Position numbers and translations under genes: made by a program
Part shown: positions 9,516 to 19,995 of the stretch, one piece after another
Layout: each line of letters begins with the position of its first letter
How positions within the stretch are numbered: the first letter of the stretch is position 1
Assembly: GCA_024694565.1 (NCBI GenBank)
Contig: JAILJR010000225.1
Coordinates: forward strand, 24,754 to 88,753
Source: Butyrivibrio sp.
GTDB lineage: Bacteria > Bacillota > Clostridia > Lachnospirales > Lachnospiraceae
DNA length: 64,000 nucleotides
Reading direction: 5' to 3'
Notes under the pieces: model-generated
The model's input: only the letters and a program-made list of their open reading frames with translations
What the model was told of the DNA's origin: nothing
Database searches by the model: none

Positions 9516-11084
9516 TCAGTTGATCTCATATGATGTCCACATATCCTCGGTGAATTTGACAGTCATAGATGTCAGGTTTTTGCAGCTGGTCGTCAGGTTC
9601 TTAAAGGCTTCGGACTGGAGGTCGTTGTCGGCGGCGTAGAGGATTATTTTGGTGGCTGAGGTTACGTCCGGGTCTGTCAGGGGGGCAAGGTTTTCTTCAT
9701 CCATGTAGAAGACTTTGGGGTACTGAAGGAGTTCGTTGGTAAGGCGCCACACATTTTGGGGAGTTGCAGGATTGAACATTACTACGGCCACCTCGCCTGA
9801 GTTTTCTGCTGCGTAGGCTGTTTTTTCCTTGTCCTCAGGGTAGAGGAAGAGGACACGGTGGTCGTAGATGTGACCCTTCAGGAGGAGTGCTATGATCACG
9901 GCGGCGAAGATGTAGCGAAATCCCATGTTGTCAAAGTCCTTAAGGACATAGTAGGCGTCTTCAAGGATCAGGAAGATCAAAAGGCCGTAGATCGGCATCT
10001 CGTAGCGGTTTGAGGCTGCGCCGACAAGAAGAGCCGATTTGGAGGTCAGAAGAAAGTATCCCAAAGCTGCAAAGATCAGGATAAGCCATTTGTAAGACAT
10101 CTCCCGTCCCTTTTCACGCTTTCTGTTTCTTGCAGTCATCTTAAGAAGGATTCCGACAAGAAGAAGAAAGAACACCGCAACCAGTCCTCCGCCAAAGACA
10201 AAGTCGTTTAAAAGTCCTGTGAAGAATGCAATTCTCATCCAGGTACTCCCAAAATCAAAGAGACTCCCGGCAGCATCTCCTCCTCTGTAGCCTCCGAACA
10301 TGTGTGAGAGCGCTGACGGATAGGTTATGATGGCAAGCCCCAGGCTCAGTGCGCAGGAAAAGACGTACACAGCCGTAAATCTTATGTCTTTTCTGATAAA
10401 CAGAAGATATACAAAGCAGCCAAACCCTATGCTCACAAAGAAGAATATATAGAAATACTGGATGAGAAAGCCCAGATATGAACAGGCCATTATTGGAAGA
10501 AGGGCTGTCAGAAACAGCTTCCTGTAATCTTTTGTGCCGCTGTCATAGAGCCTTAGGAGACGCACATGAAAAAATGCACAGGCAAATATAGCCGCAGAGA
10601 GCCATGCGTACATCCTGATGAGCATATTGCAGGAAACTGTCTGCGGATTTAGTCCCCAGAAGATAAGAGTCAGCAGCTCTACCCACAAAGGGGCCTCAAG
10701 CTCCTTCATAATTAGGGCAAAGAATAAAAACGAAATCGCAAAGGCGATAAGGTTTGTGATAATCCCGGTCCACTTGGTGAACACACCCGGCACAAAGCTG
10801 CATATGGTATGAAACACAAAATAATAGAAGGGCGGATGCACATCCCAGGACTGCACAAGCTTCACAAGGCCGTAGTTAAAGCCCTCACCCTCCCTGACCA
10901 CAAACTCATCCAAAACAGTCTGTCTGTCCTGCCATTCCCTGTCAGGCTGATACAGGCCAAGGCTTCTGTTTGTTGAGTAGTAGGTGTAATACTCATCCTC
11001 ATGGAAGCCCTGCTTCAGAGTCCCGTAATATATGCTCAGCAAAAGAGCTGCTATAAAGATAAGTGAAAATAGATATTTTTTCAT
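9516..11084 (-). CDS. GT-C-fold (ArnT/PMT-like) membrane glycosyltransferase
   Basis: HEDEYYTY after TM1, plus DVHPPFYY and IRMY motifs. About 11 TM segments. Confidence 0.72.
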   Translation of the reverse strand: MKKYLFSLIFIAALLLSIYYGTLKQGFHEDEYYTYYSTNRSLGLYQPDREWQDRQTVLDEFVVREGEGFNYGLVKLVQSWDVHPPFYYFVFHTICSFVPGVFTKWTGIITNLIAFAISFLFFALIMKELEAPLWVELLTLIFWGLNPQTVSCNMLIRMYAWLSAAIFACAFFHVRLLRLYDSGTKDYRKLFLTALLPIMACSYLGFLIQYFYIFFFVSIGFGCFVYLLFIRKDIRFTAVYVFSCALSLGLAIITYPSALSHMFGGYRGGDAAGSLFDFGSTWMRIAFFTGLLNDFVFGGGLVAVFFLLLVGILLKMTARNRKREKGREMSYKWLILIFAALGYFLLTSKSALLVGAASNRYEMPIYGLLIFLILEDAYYVLKDFDNMGFRYIFAAVIIALLLKGHIYDHRVLFLYPEDKEKTAYAAENSGEVAVVMFNPATPQNVWRLTNELLQYPKVFYMDEENLAPLTDPDVTSATKIILYAADNDLQSEAFKNLTTSCKNLTSMTVKFTEDMWTSYEIN

Positions 11085-11087
11085 TTT

Positions 11088-12095
11088 CTATAAACCCCTT
11101 AGGCGTGCATGCATGCTCCTTACAAATCTCGGGCAGGGAGCAAGGATCAAAAGATATGCCTTCTGCTTTCCTGAAAGATATCTGTTTTTTATGATCTTAA
11201 TAAGGTTTTGTCTTATATTCCTCACAACCCCAAGGTAGAACTCATTATCGGCTCTCATTTTCGATACCGGAATATGCAGGAGATAATCGAGCCTCTGAAC
11301 ATATCCAAAGCGCTCCGCGATTTCCAAAAGTTCAGGGTGGTTTTCTCTTACAAGGCTCAGGGCGATGTCAGCGTTTCTCACAATATCCGTAAATACCGGA
11401 GGAAAATAGTCCCTGTCCTCCTTATTCTTTCTGGAGTTGCTTCCCGTGCGGTAAAAGACATGATAGTACTGCTGCGGCAGTATCACAAGCCTGTTTACCT
11501 TTTCCAGCATGTGTATCATCAGGTAAAAGTCTTCGTTGAGCTCCCCCTCCGGAAATCGCATATCCTCTGTAAAAAGACTCCTCTTTGTCAGCTTTGTACA
11601 AAAGGATGCATCGCCGGTGTGCATAAGAAGGCTCCTTAAATGAACTGAAGGCTGGACAATCATCTCTCTTTCAGGGGGAGTCACAACATCCGGAAGCTTT
11701 TCTCCGTTTTCTGCGATCTCATCCCTTGATATCTGAACCATATCGGCATCATTTAAAACAGCTGCCTGCACCAGTGCCGAGTACATCCCAACGGAAACAT
11801 AGTCATCGCTGTCAACAAAGCCAACGTACTCTCCTGTAGCGGCTTCAAGCCCTGCGTTTCTTGCACTGCTGCTTCCCCCGTTTTTCTTGTGGATCACCTT
11901 GAGATTCGGATATAATTTCGCAAGCTCATCCGCAATCCCCGACGTGTTGTCATTAGATCCGTCATCCACCAGGATGATCTCCAAAAGCTCCCCGGGATAG
12001 TCCTGACCGGCTACAGAGGCAACGCATTTTTTTATCAGCCCTTCGACGTTGTAGGCTGGAATTATTACTGAAATTGTAGGTTTGTTATCCGGCAT
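11088..12095 (-). CDS. Glycosyltransferase family 2
   Basis: Motifs ISVIIPAYN, VDDGSND, NGGSSSARNAGL, FVDSDD and NED. Confidence 0.9.
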   Translation of the reverse strand: MPDNKPTISVIIPAYNVEGLIKKCVASVAGQDYPGELLEIILVDDGSNDNTSGIADELAKLYPNLKVIHKKNGGSSSARNAGLEAATGEYVGFVDSDDYVSVGMYSALVQAAVLNDADMVQISRDEIAENGEKLPDVVTPPEREMIVQPSVHLRSLLMHTGDASFCTKLTKRSLFTEDMRFPEGELNEDFYLMIHMLEKVNRLVILPQQYYHVFYRTGSNSRKNKEDRDYFPPVFTDIVRNADIALSLVRENHPELLEIAERFGYVQRLDYLLHIPVSKMRADNEFYLGVVRNIRQNLIKIIKNRYLSGKQKAYLLILAPCPRFVRSMHARLRGL

Positions 12096-13305
12096 CCGTC
12101 AGCTCCTTTTTATCCATCTGCGCCATAAGGTCATGCCCAACACAGGCTATGACAACGAACATAATAATTGTCAGCGGCCAGATATCCCTGACCGGGGATC
12201 CAAAGAGAAACCTTGAGTAGGTCACTATCGACATGCACTGAAGTACAGCGCAGATGATGAGTCTATTATATCTTGTAACACCGTATACTGCTGCAAGCAT
12301 CTCGGGAAGGTAGCCATATCTCTCGTGCATGACCGGAAGAACAAAAAGGCAAAGAAGCGACGAAAGGATCACCAGTGTCAGCATATACTCCCTCGTGATC
12401 TCAAAATGTCTGTTCCATATATAATAAGCAAGAAACCCCATCACCGCGATAGCAGCAATGAGCCCCGCAGATATGATCATCTTCCTTGTTTCGACCTTCA
12501 GACTTGATGAAATAAAGGTGTAAATGCTCGGATAATTCATCGAGAGCATTGTATAGGTATTCGCCTGTTTAAGATATATTGACAGAAGCTCCGCAGGTCT
12601 TCTGCCTGCAATCATGGCAGGTATCATGGTGCAAAAAATCGTCACCGGAACAAGGTATATCTTCTTTAAACTAAGCCTCCCCTTCATCCACATGATCACG
12701 TAGAAGGGCAGAATGAAAACCGCCTGCTGCTTAAAGCTGTATGCAAGGGCAAAATAGATATACGTCCGGGCTTCCCTTCCCCTTAAGTAGCTCAGGAACG
12801 AGAGCATTATAAAAGCCACATAAACCGAGTCGCACTGAGCCCAGGCAGCGCTGTTTAAGACAGCTGTCGGCAGAAATGAAGCTATGCCGAAGGCCATCAG
12901 GGCCCTGGAGACATCATTATCGCTGACAATAAATGCTATCCTCATCGCTGTGATGCTGCAGACAATGTCAAAGATCACAGAGACCCACTTTATAAGGTAG
13001 ATATCACTTGCAAACCGCCCCAGGTAATGAAGCAGGACGATAATATACTGATACATACACCCGTAATTGATTGTGCTGTTCTCCGACTTTCCGGGGACAA
13101 TACCAAGGTATTGCAGGCCCCCCGCCCTGTGGCACTCATCCATCCAGTGCGAGAGAAAATAATAATAATCTCCGGACACAAGATCAAGAAATGGGAGCCT
13201 TACCGCTATCGCAAGCCCCAAAATCACACAAAAAAAGAACAGGTCTATTGCCCTGATCGATACATCCCGTATTTTTATTTCGTATTTCGCCAGTTCATCA
13301 AACAT
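12085..13305 (-). CDS. GT-C-fold membrane glycosyltransferase (GT87/DUF2029-like)
   Basis: Polytopic, with SGDY, NSAAWAQCDS, FKQQA and MHERY motifs. Confidence 0.65.
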   Translation of the reverse strand: MFDELAKYEIKIRDVSIRAIDLFFFCVILGLAIAVRLPFLDLVSGDYYYFLSHWMDECHRAGGLQYLGIVPGKSENSTINYGCMYQYIIVLLHYLGRFASDIYLIKWVSVIFDIVCSITAMRIAFIVSDNDVSRALMAFGIASFLPTAVLNSAAWAQCDSVYVAFIMLSFLSYLRGREARTYIYFALAYSFKQQAVFILPFYVIMWMKGRLSLKKIYLVPVTIFCTMIPAMIAGRRPAELLSIYLKQANTYTMLSMNYPSIYTFISSSLKVETRKMIISAGLIAAIAVMGFLAYYIWNRHFEITREYMLTLVILSSLLCLFVLPVMHERYGYLPEMLAAVYGVTRYNRLIICAVLQCMSIVTYSRFLFGSPVRDIWPLTIIMFVVIACVGHDLMAQMDKKELTDAG

Positions 13306-13309
13306 CTCT

Positions 13310-14530
13310 CTACTCCAGGCGATTCTTTTCCTGCATGGACCGCAAAAATCCCGGGGCCTTTATTACCTCCGCCCTGCTCACAGGACCCTCCAATGCCTCC
13401 GAAGGCTTATCGCCCTTCAGCCACTGTCTGCAGAACCTCACGAACTCACCGGCAGCGTTTTTTGCATTCCACAGCCCGCCTATAGTTTTCCTTGCACAGC
13501 TGCCAAATTCTGCTATTTTCTCCTGATTTGCAAAAAGGAACAGTACCTTGTTCTCAAAATCCTTGTATCTGCCATCCCTGTAAATGAGGCCGTTCTCCAT
13601 GTCATTTATGAGAAAGGGTACACAGCCGGCTTCACCTGATGCCACGACACAGCACCCTGACTGCATCGCTTCATTGACGACCGCGCCCCAGCCCTCGAGA
13701 TAATTGCTTGTGAAAAGAAAGATATCGGCAGCTGCCATATGTGATGACACTTCCCTTGGAGAAAGAGACCCCGTAAATGTCACAAATTCATCAAGGGAGT
13801 TATTTTTAACTTCACTTTCAAGCTCCTGACGCAGCTCTCCGTCTCCAACCATATCAAGCCGGAAGTCAAATCCACAATCTCTTAGCTTTTTTGCCAGCCT
13901 GATCGCAAATTCCGGATGCTTTAAGGTTATCATCCTGCCGGCCCAGCACAGCTTTACTCTCTTTACTGCAGAAGGCCTTTCCTTAGCACATCCCACGTCA
14001 TAAGCCTCAGGGAAATATCCCCATTTGAGCTTCCTTCCGGGGTAAGCGCCAATTATTTCAAAATCCGAGGCAACATATGCCCCGACACAGAGAAGATACA
14101 CCGGCTTGTCCTTGAACCTTACATGCTCCCTTATCTTATTCGCTCTGCCCCTTGGGCTTATTGATTTCCACTGTCCCTCTCTGTAGATCCTCTCACTCAC
14201 GCAAAAGGAGAGCCTTCCGGAATTAAACCTTTCCTCTCTGAGGTCCTGTGCAATGCCTTCCGTCCAGCCAAACATCACCACATCGCTGTTTAAAATAAGG
14301 TCTTTCGCCCGCTCCTCTTCCTCGTAGTACAGGACAAGAAAGTCCATGGCAGTCATGTCCACCGACCACCCCATGCTCACTCTCTTTTCTTCCATGGGCA
14401 TGGTCTGTATAAAGAAAAACTCTATATCACCGCCGATACTGCTCATCGCCCTGCAGAAGGGCAGCTGATGATGATTTATGTAATTTGATACAAAGGTTAT
14501 CCTCAACTTCTGCTTACTTCCCCTCGTCAA
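13310..14530 (-). CDS. Glycosyltransferase family 4
   Basis: C-terminal GT-B motifs AGRMITLKHP, VGDG and EGWGAVVNEAMQSG. Confidence 0.88.
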   Translation of the reverse strand: MTRGSKQKLRITFVSNYINHHQLPFCRAMSSIGGDIEFFFIQTMPMEEKRVSMGWSVDMTAMDFLVLYYEEEERAKDLILNSDVVMFGWTEGIAQDLREERFNSGRLSFCVSERIYREGQWKSISPRGRANKIREHVRFKDKPVYLLCVGAYVASDFEIIGAYPGRKLKWGYFPEAYDVGCAKERPSAVKRVKLCWAGRMITLKHPEFAIRLAKKLRDCGFDFRLDMVGDGELRQELESEVKNNSLDEFVTFTGSLSPREVSSHMAAADIFLFTSNYLEGWGAVVNEAMQSGCCVVASGEAGCVPFLINDMENGLIYRDGRYKDFENKVLFLFANQEKIAEFGSCARKTIGGLWNAKNAAGEFVRFCRQWLKGDKPSEALEGPVSRAEVIKAPGFLRSMQEKNRLE

Positions 14531-15800
14531 TCGTCCTGTAAATTTCCATCAGCCTTTCATAATTGGCATCCGCATCGTGGGTGATACGGGCATGCTCCCT
14601 CGCGTTATCACCATAGACTGCAGCTATTACCGGCTCATCCCAGATCTGCAATATGGCCTTCTTCAGTTCCTCCGGGTTTCCTTTTTCAAAAAGGACACCG
14701 TCCCTTTTATCAGTCAGCATATCAGGTATGCCGCCAACCTTCGCTGCGACTGCCGGCACACCCAGAAGCATTGCTTCTCCCAGTGAATTGGGGGAATTCT
14801 CCAGCACCGAGGGACAGAGAAAAATGCTGCTCTTTAAGAACCGCTCCTTCATCTGAAGATCATCAAGGCTTCCGGTCATCGTCACGAAGCTTTTAAGCTT
14901 CCCACGGCGTATCAGCTTCTTAATATACTTTGCATAGGCACTCGCCCTAAGGAAATACGGATATCTGCTCTTTCCTTTTCCTATTATGTTGTTGCCCGCA
15001 ACATACAGATGCGCATCCGGGTATTTCTCAATAAGTCCCGGAAGGGCCTCAAGAACAAAATGAAATCCCTTCAGCGGATAGTCACCCTGTGACAGGAATA
15101 TGCTGTGCGGCTCTGCTTCCTTTTCATCCCAGTGCCCCTCATAAAAGCATGGGCGCATGGTTTCATTCATGGAAAAATATCTGGCATCAGGATTGATTTT
15201 TGCAGTCTCCTGCCTGTCAAAGGCAGTCCTTCCGGTGATATTGCCGGTGAGCCTTATTGCCTCTTTTTCGTGCTCCGCTCTCAGCCTGTATTTCTCCTGC
15301 TGCTGCAAAAGGCTGTCTTTTTTAAGTATGTCCCTGAAGGTAGCCGATCTTTGAACAGCTCCCGGGAGTCCTGCCATATACTCATCCGCAATAACGCTGC
15401 ATATTCCCTGGATCCCCAGAAGAGTCCTCGAAGGAGTTCCAAAGCTTTTCAACATTGCAAGAGCGTGTGGAAACTCAGTTCCGAATATATGTACAATATC
15501 GGGTTTAAAGACATCCAATATCTCATGAAAGCGATTTTCAAGCGTTTCATCATAGACCTCCGGATGCTCAAGGTCCTCCGAAAATCCATAATAGGTTATT
15601 CCATCAATTGCTTCTTTTGATACTGCTATCTCACCCGCAGCAGGAAAGCATACCCCCAGAGTGATAGCCTCATCTGTATCCTTCCCCTGAATCACTCTGG
15701 AAAGACACCCCGAAAGCCACCCCTCCCTGACAGAGCATTCAATTCCATGGGGCTTTGCATAAGCCGGAAGCATTATATTACACAGCCATAATACTCTCAC
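14514..15800 (-). CDS. Glycosyltransferase family 4
   Basis: Motifs PDIVHIFGTE, YPLKG and ENSPNSLGEAMLLGVP. GTG start with AGGAG RBS. Confidence 0.88.
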   Translation of the reverse strand: MRVLWLCNIMLPAYAKPHGIECSVREGWLSGCLSRVIQGKDTDEAITLGVCFPAAGEIAVSKEAIDGITYYGFSEDLEHPEVYDETLENRFHEILDVFKPDIVHIFGTEFPHALAMLKSFGTPSRTLLGIQGICSVIADEYMAGLPGAVQRSATFRDILKKDSLLQQQEKYRLRAEHEKEAIRLTGNITGRTAFDRQETAKINPDARYFSMNETMRPCFYEGHWDEKEAEPHSIFLSQGDYPLKGFHFVLEALPGLIEKYPDAHLYVAGNNIIGKGKSRYPYFLRASAYAKYIKKLIRRGKLKSFVTMTGSLDDLQMKERFLKSSIFLCPSVLENSPNSLGEAMLLGVPAVAAKVGGIPDMLTDKRDGVLFEKGNPEELKKAILQIWDEPVIAAVYGDNAREHARITHDADANYERLMEIYRTIDEGK

Positions 15801-15836
15801 AAGAGTCTGCTCCTTTGTTCGTTTGTTGGAATGCGG

Positions 15837-16048
15837 TATGAGTTGCCCGGCAAAAGCTCACCGGTCCGGCTACGGCTGTGCATATTGTACAATCACTTCG
15901 GGCACGCTTTCGCTCCTTTCGCTTCGTAGCGGTACTAAGTCACCAAAATACGGTGCCTTAGTACCGACGAGCTCATAGGGTCTCTCAGCTGCTTGTGCAA
16001 TATGCACAGCCGGAGCTGACCTTGCGAGCTTTTGTCGGACAAATCATA
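15837..16048 (+). repeat. Nested palindromic repeat element (copy B)
   Basis: Outer arms TATGAGTTGCCCGGCAAAAGCTC / GAGCTTTTGTCGGACAAATCATA. Middle arms CGGCTGTGCATATTGTACAA / TTGTGCAATATGCACAGCCG. Core CGGTACTAAGTCACC-AAAATAC-GGTGCCTTAGTACCG. Confidence 0.85.
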
Positions 16049-16061
16049 GTGTATTGACAAC

Positions 16062-16988
16062 TTATTTTTTTAATGAGTAAATCGCATTCTTCAGGGCATT
16101 GTAGGCACCTGAAGTGAGCTTGTTGGACGATATCACAGCGCGAAGCGGTGCCAGCGTCAGCGCGCGAAGAAGGTCATATTTCCTGATCTGGCTCTCCGGA
16201 AGATACATTCTGATGATCTCCCGCCGCTCCTGTTCCGAAATCCGCTTATTCTTGTCAGAAAAGCCTCCGCCCTCGTAATCAGCGATTACAACAGGCATAT
16301 ATACCGTCTCTGCCTTCTCCTTATAAAAGCACCGGAGGAACTGCTCGTAGTCTGCCCTGACCTTGTACTTCACCTCAAACGGGTTTCTGTATATAAGCCG
16401 TTCGTCGTAAAAACAGGACTGGTGATACGGAATATTCCTGTAGCAGGCATGGTCATCTATCCTTGGATTGGATGCCACCCTGCTGCCCGCTGACCTGTCA
16501 AATATGTCGCCGTAATAAATTGCCGGAAGCGTGGTGCCCTCTTTAGCGTTCCTTTCTGCGATTATTCTGTGGACATCCATCAGAACGTTTTCGTTTTCAA
16601 AATAATCACCGCAGTTGAGGAAGTAGATGTAAGAGGGATTCTCTCCCGGGCGCCAGAGCTTCACCTCTTCTGCATCTGACAGATTCCGGGCAGCCGATAT
16701 ATACTCTTTAGCCTTGTCACGCACCAAAGAAGTGGCAATGTTCATCGCATGGTAGATTCCATTGTCACAGCCCTCGCTGAGAATTATCTTCTTTTGAAAG
16801 ATATCATCTGCAGAGCCTGCATCAAAGGTCTTTTTCAGCTTCTCGATGGAACCGTCGGTTGACAACCCGTCCTTAACCACCACCTGATAGTCCGAAAAAG
16901 TCTGTGACCTGATGCTCTCTACCGTCTTTATCAACCTGTCCCCGGCATTATATGTAACTACGATGATCACAAAAAAAGGCTTGTTCAT
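16062..16988 (-). CDS. Glycosyltransferase family 2 (WcaE-like, possible fucosyltransferase)
   Basis: Motifs IVVTYN, DGLSTDGS, DNGIYHAMN, FLNCGD, HQS and ADYE. The fucose donor is inferred from nearby gmd-fcl. Confidence 0.8.
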   Translation of the reverse strand: MNKPFFVIIVVTYNAGDRLIKTVESIRSQTFSDYQVVVKDGLSTDGSIEKLKKTFDAGSADDIFQKKIILSEGCDNGIYHAMNIATSLVRDKAKEYISAARNLSDAEEVKLWRPGENPSYIYFLNCGDYFENENVLMDVHRIIAERNAKEGTTLPAIYYGDIFDRSAGSRVASNPRIDDHACYRNIPYHQSCFYDERLIYRNPFEVKYKVRADYEQFLRCFYKEKAETVYMPVVIADYEGGGFSDKNKRISEQERREIIRMYLPESQIRKYDLLRALTLAPLRAVISSNKLTSGAYNALKNAIYSLKK

Positions 16989-17803
16989 TTAATGGTCTTC
17001 CCATGTCTTACGCCGCCTGCCAGTATGGCAAAGCTTCGTAAGAGCCCTTTCTCTTTGCACATGATATTCCTGTTTTTATAAAGATACCTAAAGCCAAAGA
17101 TAAGTGCCATCCTTCCGTAGAGGAAATGATACAGCACCCCTCTGTCGTAAAAGAACTTGTCTGTATAGCCCTTGAACCAGGTGGACTCGCTCTCCTTCTC
17201 ACTGCCCAAAAACACAGTCGTTCTGTAAACAGCAAGCCCCGCCTTCAGGCAGTCGTGAAGAAACAGGGAATCCTCTCCGTTCATGTAAGGCGCTCCGCCC
17301 CCAAACAGAAGAGAGAACTTTATCCCCTTCTCCATTATCTTTTCACGCCTGCAGCAGATGGAATATGCCGCATATCTTCCGTAGTTGTACCACGAAACCC
17401 TGTCGAAATCCTCATTCCAGTAGGTCTCTCTGCCGCGCTGTGCCTTGACATTGAAAAGAAGTATATCCGCCTCGGGATGAGCATCAAATTCGTTCAGTAT
17501 CCTCCCGGCATAGCCTCTGTCGTAGACAATATCATCGTCCCCAAACTGGATTATCTCTCCATCAGCATGCTCCAGCGCTGTATTCCTTGATAAGCCTACT
17601 CCCTTTTCCCTTCTGTTGTAAATCCTGACGTTGTGACCGTGATGCTCAAGGCTCTTTTCCCCATCCTTGATCCCCGGGTGTGTCCTCGAGCCGATCAGCT
17701 GATTTACAATAATAGCATCGGACTCAATCCCCATAGCTCCGGGAAGAAGCTCCGGAACCTTGTTAACCGATGAAATAAGTATCTGCAACCTGTTGTCTGC
17801 CAT
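16985..17803 (-). CDS. Glycosyltransferase family 2/A
   Basis: Motifs IIVNQ, GVGLSRNTAL, FGDDD and GEDSLF. Start refined to MADNRLQ at 17803. Confidence 0.82.
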   Translation of the reverse strand: MADNRLQILISSVNKVPELLPGAMGIESDAIIVNQLIGSRTHPGIKDGEKSLEHHGHNVRIYNRREKGVGLSRNTALEHADGEIIQFGDDDIVYDRGYAGRILNEFDAHPEADILLFNVKAQRGRETYWNEDFDRVSWYNYGRYAAYSICCRREKIMEKGIKFSLLFGGGAPYMNGEDSLFLHDCLKAGLAVYRTTVFLGSEKESESTWFKGYTDKFFYDRGVLYHFLYGRMALIFGFRYLYKNRNIMCKEKGLLRSFAILAGGVRHGKTIK

Positions 17804-17825
17804 TTGTATCCCCACAATACTTTTA

Positions 17826-19229
17826 TTATTTCTTTTGAGCTGTTGTCTGGTCGTCCTCAATTCCCTCCGTGCTGTCCGGTGTAAAGAGTATCTTGACGGT
17901 AAGTAGCATGAGCTTGATATCAAGCCAGACTGAATAGTTCTCTATATATGTAAGGTCGAGCTTGAGCTTGTCATATGGCGTTGTGTTGTACTTGCCATAG
18001 ACCTGCGCATAGCCGGCAAGTCCCGCCTTGACCCTTGTCCTGAATGCAAACTCAGGCATCTCGTTCATGTACTGTTCTACGATCTCAGGGCGTTCAGGTC
18101 TGGGTCCGATAAAGGACATGTCGCCTTTGAGAATGTTAAAAAGCTGAGGCAGCTCATCAATCCTGCAGGATCTTATGATCTTTCCAACCGGTGTGATCCT
18201 GCTGTCATTCTTGGATGCAAGCCTTGCAACTCCATCCTTTTCTGCATCCACCCTCATGCTCCGAAACTTCATTATCTTAAACTGCCTTTTTCTCCATGTA
18301 CACCTTACCTGCTTGTACAGCACCGGCCCCTTGTCATAGGATTTTATCGCAATTGCCGTGACAAGCATAATGGGAGAAGTGAGGATGATGAGTAATATGG
18401 ACAAAACGATGTCCATAGTTCTCTTGATCGCTCTCTGCTCAATCTTTATGGAATACTCGCGGAGAAGCAGTACCGGTGTATCAAACAGATGAAGCTGGTC
18501 CGATCCCTTGAGCAGAACATCGGTTATCTTTGGCATCACGTAAATCCTGATATGATTGCCATAGCAGTATTTTACCAGACCGTTCCTGAACTGACTGGGA
18601 ACGTCCCAGATGACAACTCCGTCGTAGTTCCCGAGACACTCCTTGTAGATCGCATCAATCCCCTCGGAAATATTCATCTTCTTCACGATGCGGTACTTGT
18701 CTCTTCTTGTATCAAACTTCCTCTCAATGTCATCCACAGGATATATGCCGCTGACAAGCAGAAGATTCCTTGGCTTGAAAATGTGCATATATATGGCATT
18801 GGTCACATGTGCCCACAGAAAGGATATCAAAAGCTGCAGTAGGAACACCTCTACTATCGGCATAACAGGAACCAGCCAGTTATTTAAAAGGGCAATCTGA
18901 AAGTAGGAAATAAAATTTACCATAAACAACGCAAAGATCTGTGAGAAAAAGACGTCGTTTGGTTTAAGATACCCTATCTTCAGGCCGCCATATGTATTTG
19001 AGAAAAAAAGGAGCAGGATAAAATAGATCGCCAGGATAAGCAGATGACCACGGAAATAGAGCTTAAGACCATTTCCAAGCTCGTATCCGTCAATACTTAT
19101 TCTCGGCTTTGAGACTTCCGGGTAATAAACGTTAAACCAGAACCATGCATAGACCGCTGTCTGCATCGCCAGTCCAACAAATCCCAGAAAAAGCACAAGG
19201 ATTCTCTTCTTCGATTCTCTTCGTTTCAT
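17826..19229 (-). CDS. Priming undecaprenyl-phosphate sugar-1-phosphate transferase (CpsE/WbaP family)
   Basis: N-terminal TMs. C-terminal KRTMDI, KFRSM, DSRITPVG, IDELPQLFNILKGDMSFIGPRPERP and DLTYIENYS motifs. Confidence 0.92.
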   Translation of the reverse strand: MKRRESKKRILVLFLGFVGLAMQTAVYAWFWFNVYYPEVSKPRISIDGYELGNGLKLYFRGHLLILAIYFILLLFFSNTYGGLKIGYLKPNDVFFSQIFALFMVNFISYFQIALLNNWLVPVMPIVEVFLLQLLISFLWAHVTNAIYMHIFKPRNLLLVSGIYPVDDIERKFDTRRDKYRIVKKMNISEGIDAIYKECLGNYDGVVIWDVPSQFRNGLVKYCYGNHIRIYVMPKITDVLLKGSDQLHLFDTPVLLLREYSIKIEQRAIKRTMDIVLSILLIILTSPIMLVTAIAIKSYDKGPVLYKQVRCTWRKRQFKIMKFRSMRVDAEKDGVARLASKNDSRITPVGKIIRSCRIDELPQLFNILKGDMSFIGPRPERPEIVEQYMNEMPEFAFRTRVKAGLAGYAQVYGKYNTTPYDKLKLDLTYIENYSVWLDIKLMLLTVKILFTPDSTEGIEDDQTTAQKK

Positions 19230-19245
19230 ACCTAACCCCGGGCGT

Positions 19246-19995
19246 TCACAGCCTACGCAAAGTCGCTCTGACAGCCCACCCTCCAAAATAAAATAGTGAT
19301 TGCAAGATTGACAGATCTGCTATGTTTCTGTAAAGAAACCATATCCTTCTGAGAGCTTCAATCTTATTTGATGAAAGAGACTTCCCGGGTCTCCTGTAAA
19401 TCGCCAGATTCTCATCCAGGCCATATGCCAGATATCCGCTCTTTAATATCCGCCACCAGGTCGCCGTGTCCTCACTTGGCACCTGCGGCATATGGATTAT
19501 CCCCAGATCGATCTTCTCCGTGTCAAACATCACAGTGGTTGTAAAGATAATTGTTCTCGATAAAGCCTTTTTAAAATTCAGGATCTTAGGCACATGTACT
19601 ATCTTGCCTGTGGGATTTGCATTCTCATCTCCGAATTCATATGAGTGAAAGGAAAAGGCCGCCCCGGTCTGCTCCATAAAAGCCACCTGCTTCTCAAGCT
19701 TGTCCTTCATCCAGACGTCGTCTGCGTCGAGAAAGGCGATGTACCTCCCTGAGGATGCATCAATCCCCCGGTTTCTCGCAGCTGCCGCCCCCTTGTTCCC
19801 CTTGTTCCTGATAAGTCTTATTCGTTTTCTCTGTCTCCTTATTATCTTCTCAATGAGCTGAACACTTCCATCCCTGGAACCGTCATCGACGAGTATCAGC
19901 TCCCAGTCCCTGTAGGTCTGGTTACTTACCATCTGTATTGTATTTTCAATATATGCAGCCGCATTGTAAACCGGCACTATGATACTTACCATCAT
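19246..19995 (-). CDS. Glycosyltransferase family 2 (TuaG-like)
   Basis: Motifs VSIIVPVYN, VDDGSRD, ARNRGI, FLDADDVW, KLEKQ and SED. Start at ATG 19995 overlaps the upstream TGA. Confidence 0.88.
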   Translation of the reverse strand: MMVSIIVPVYNAAAYIENTIQMVSNQTYRDWELILVDDGSRDGSVQLIEKIIRRQRKRIRLIRNKGNKGAAAARNRGIDASSGRYIAFLDADDVWMKDKLEKQVAFMEQTGAAFSFHSYEFGDENANPTGKIVHVPKILNFKKALSRTIIFTTTVMFDTEKIDLGIIHMPQVPSEDTATWWRILKSGYLAYGLDENLAIYRRPGKSLSSNKIEALRRIWFLYRNIADLSILQSLFYFGGWAVRATLRRL

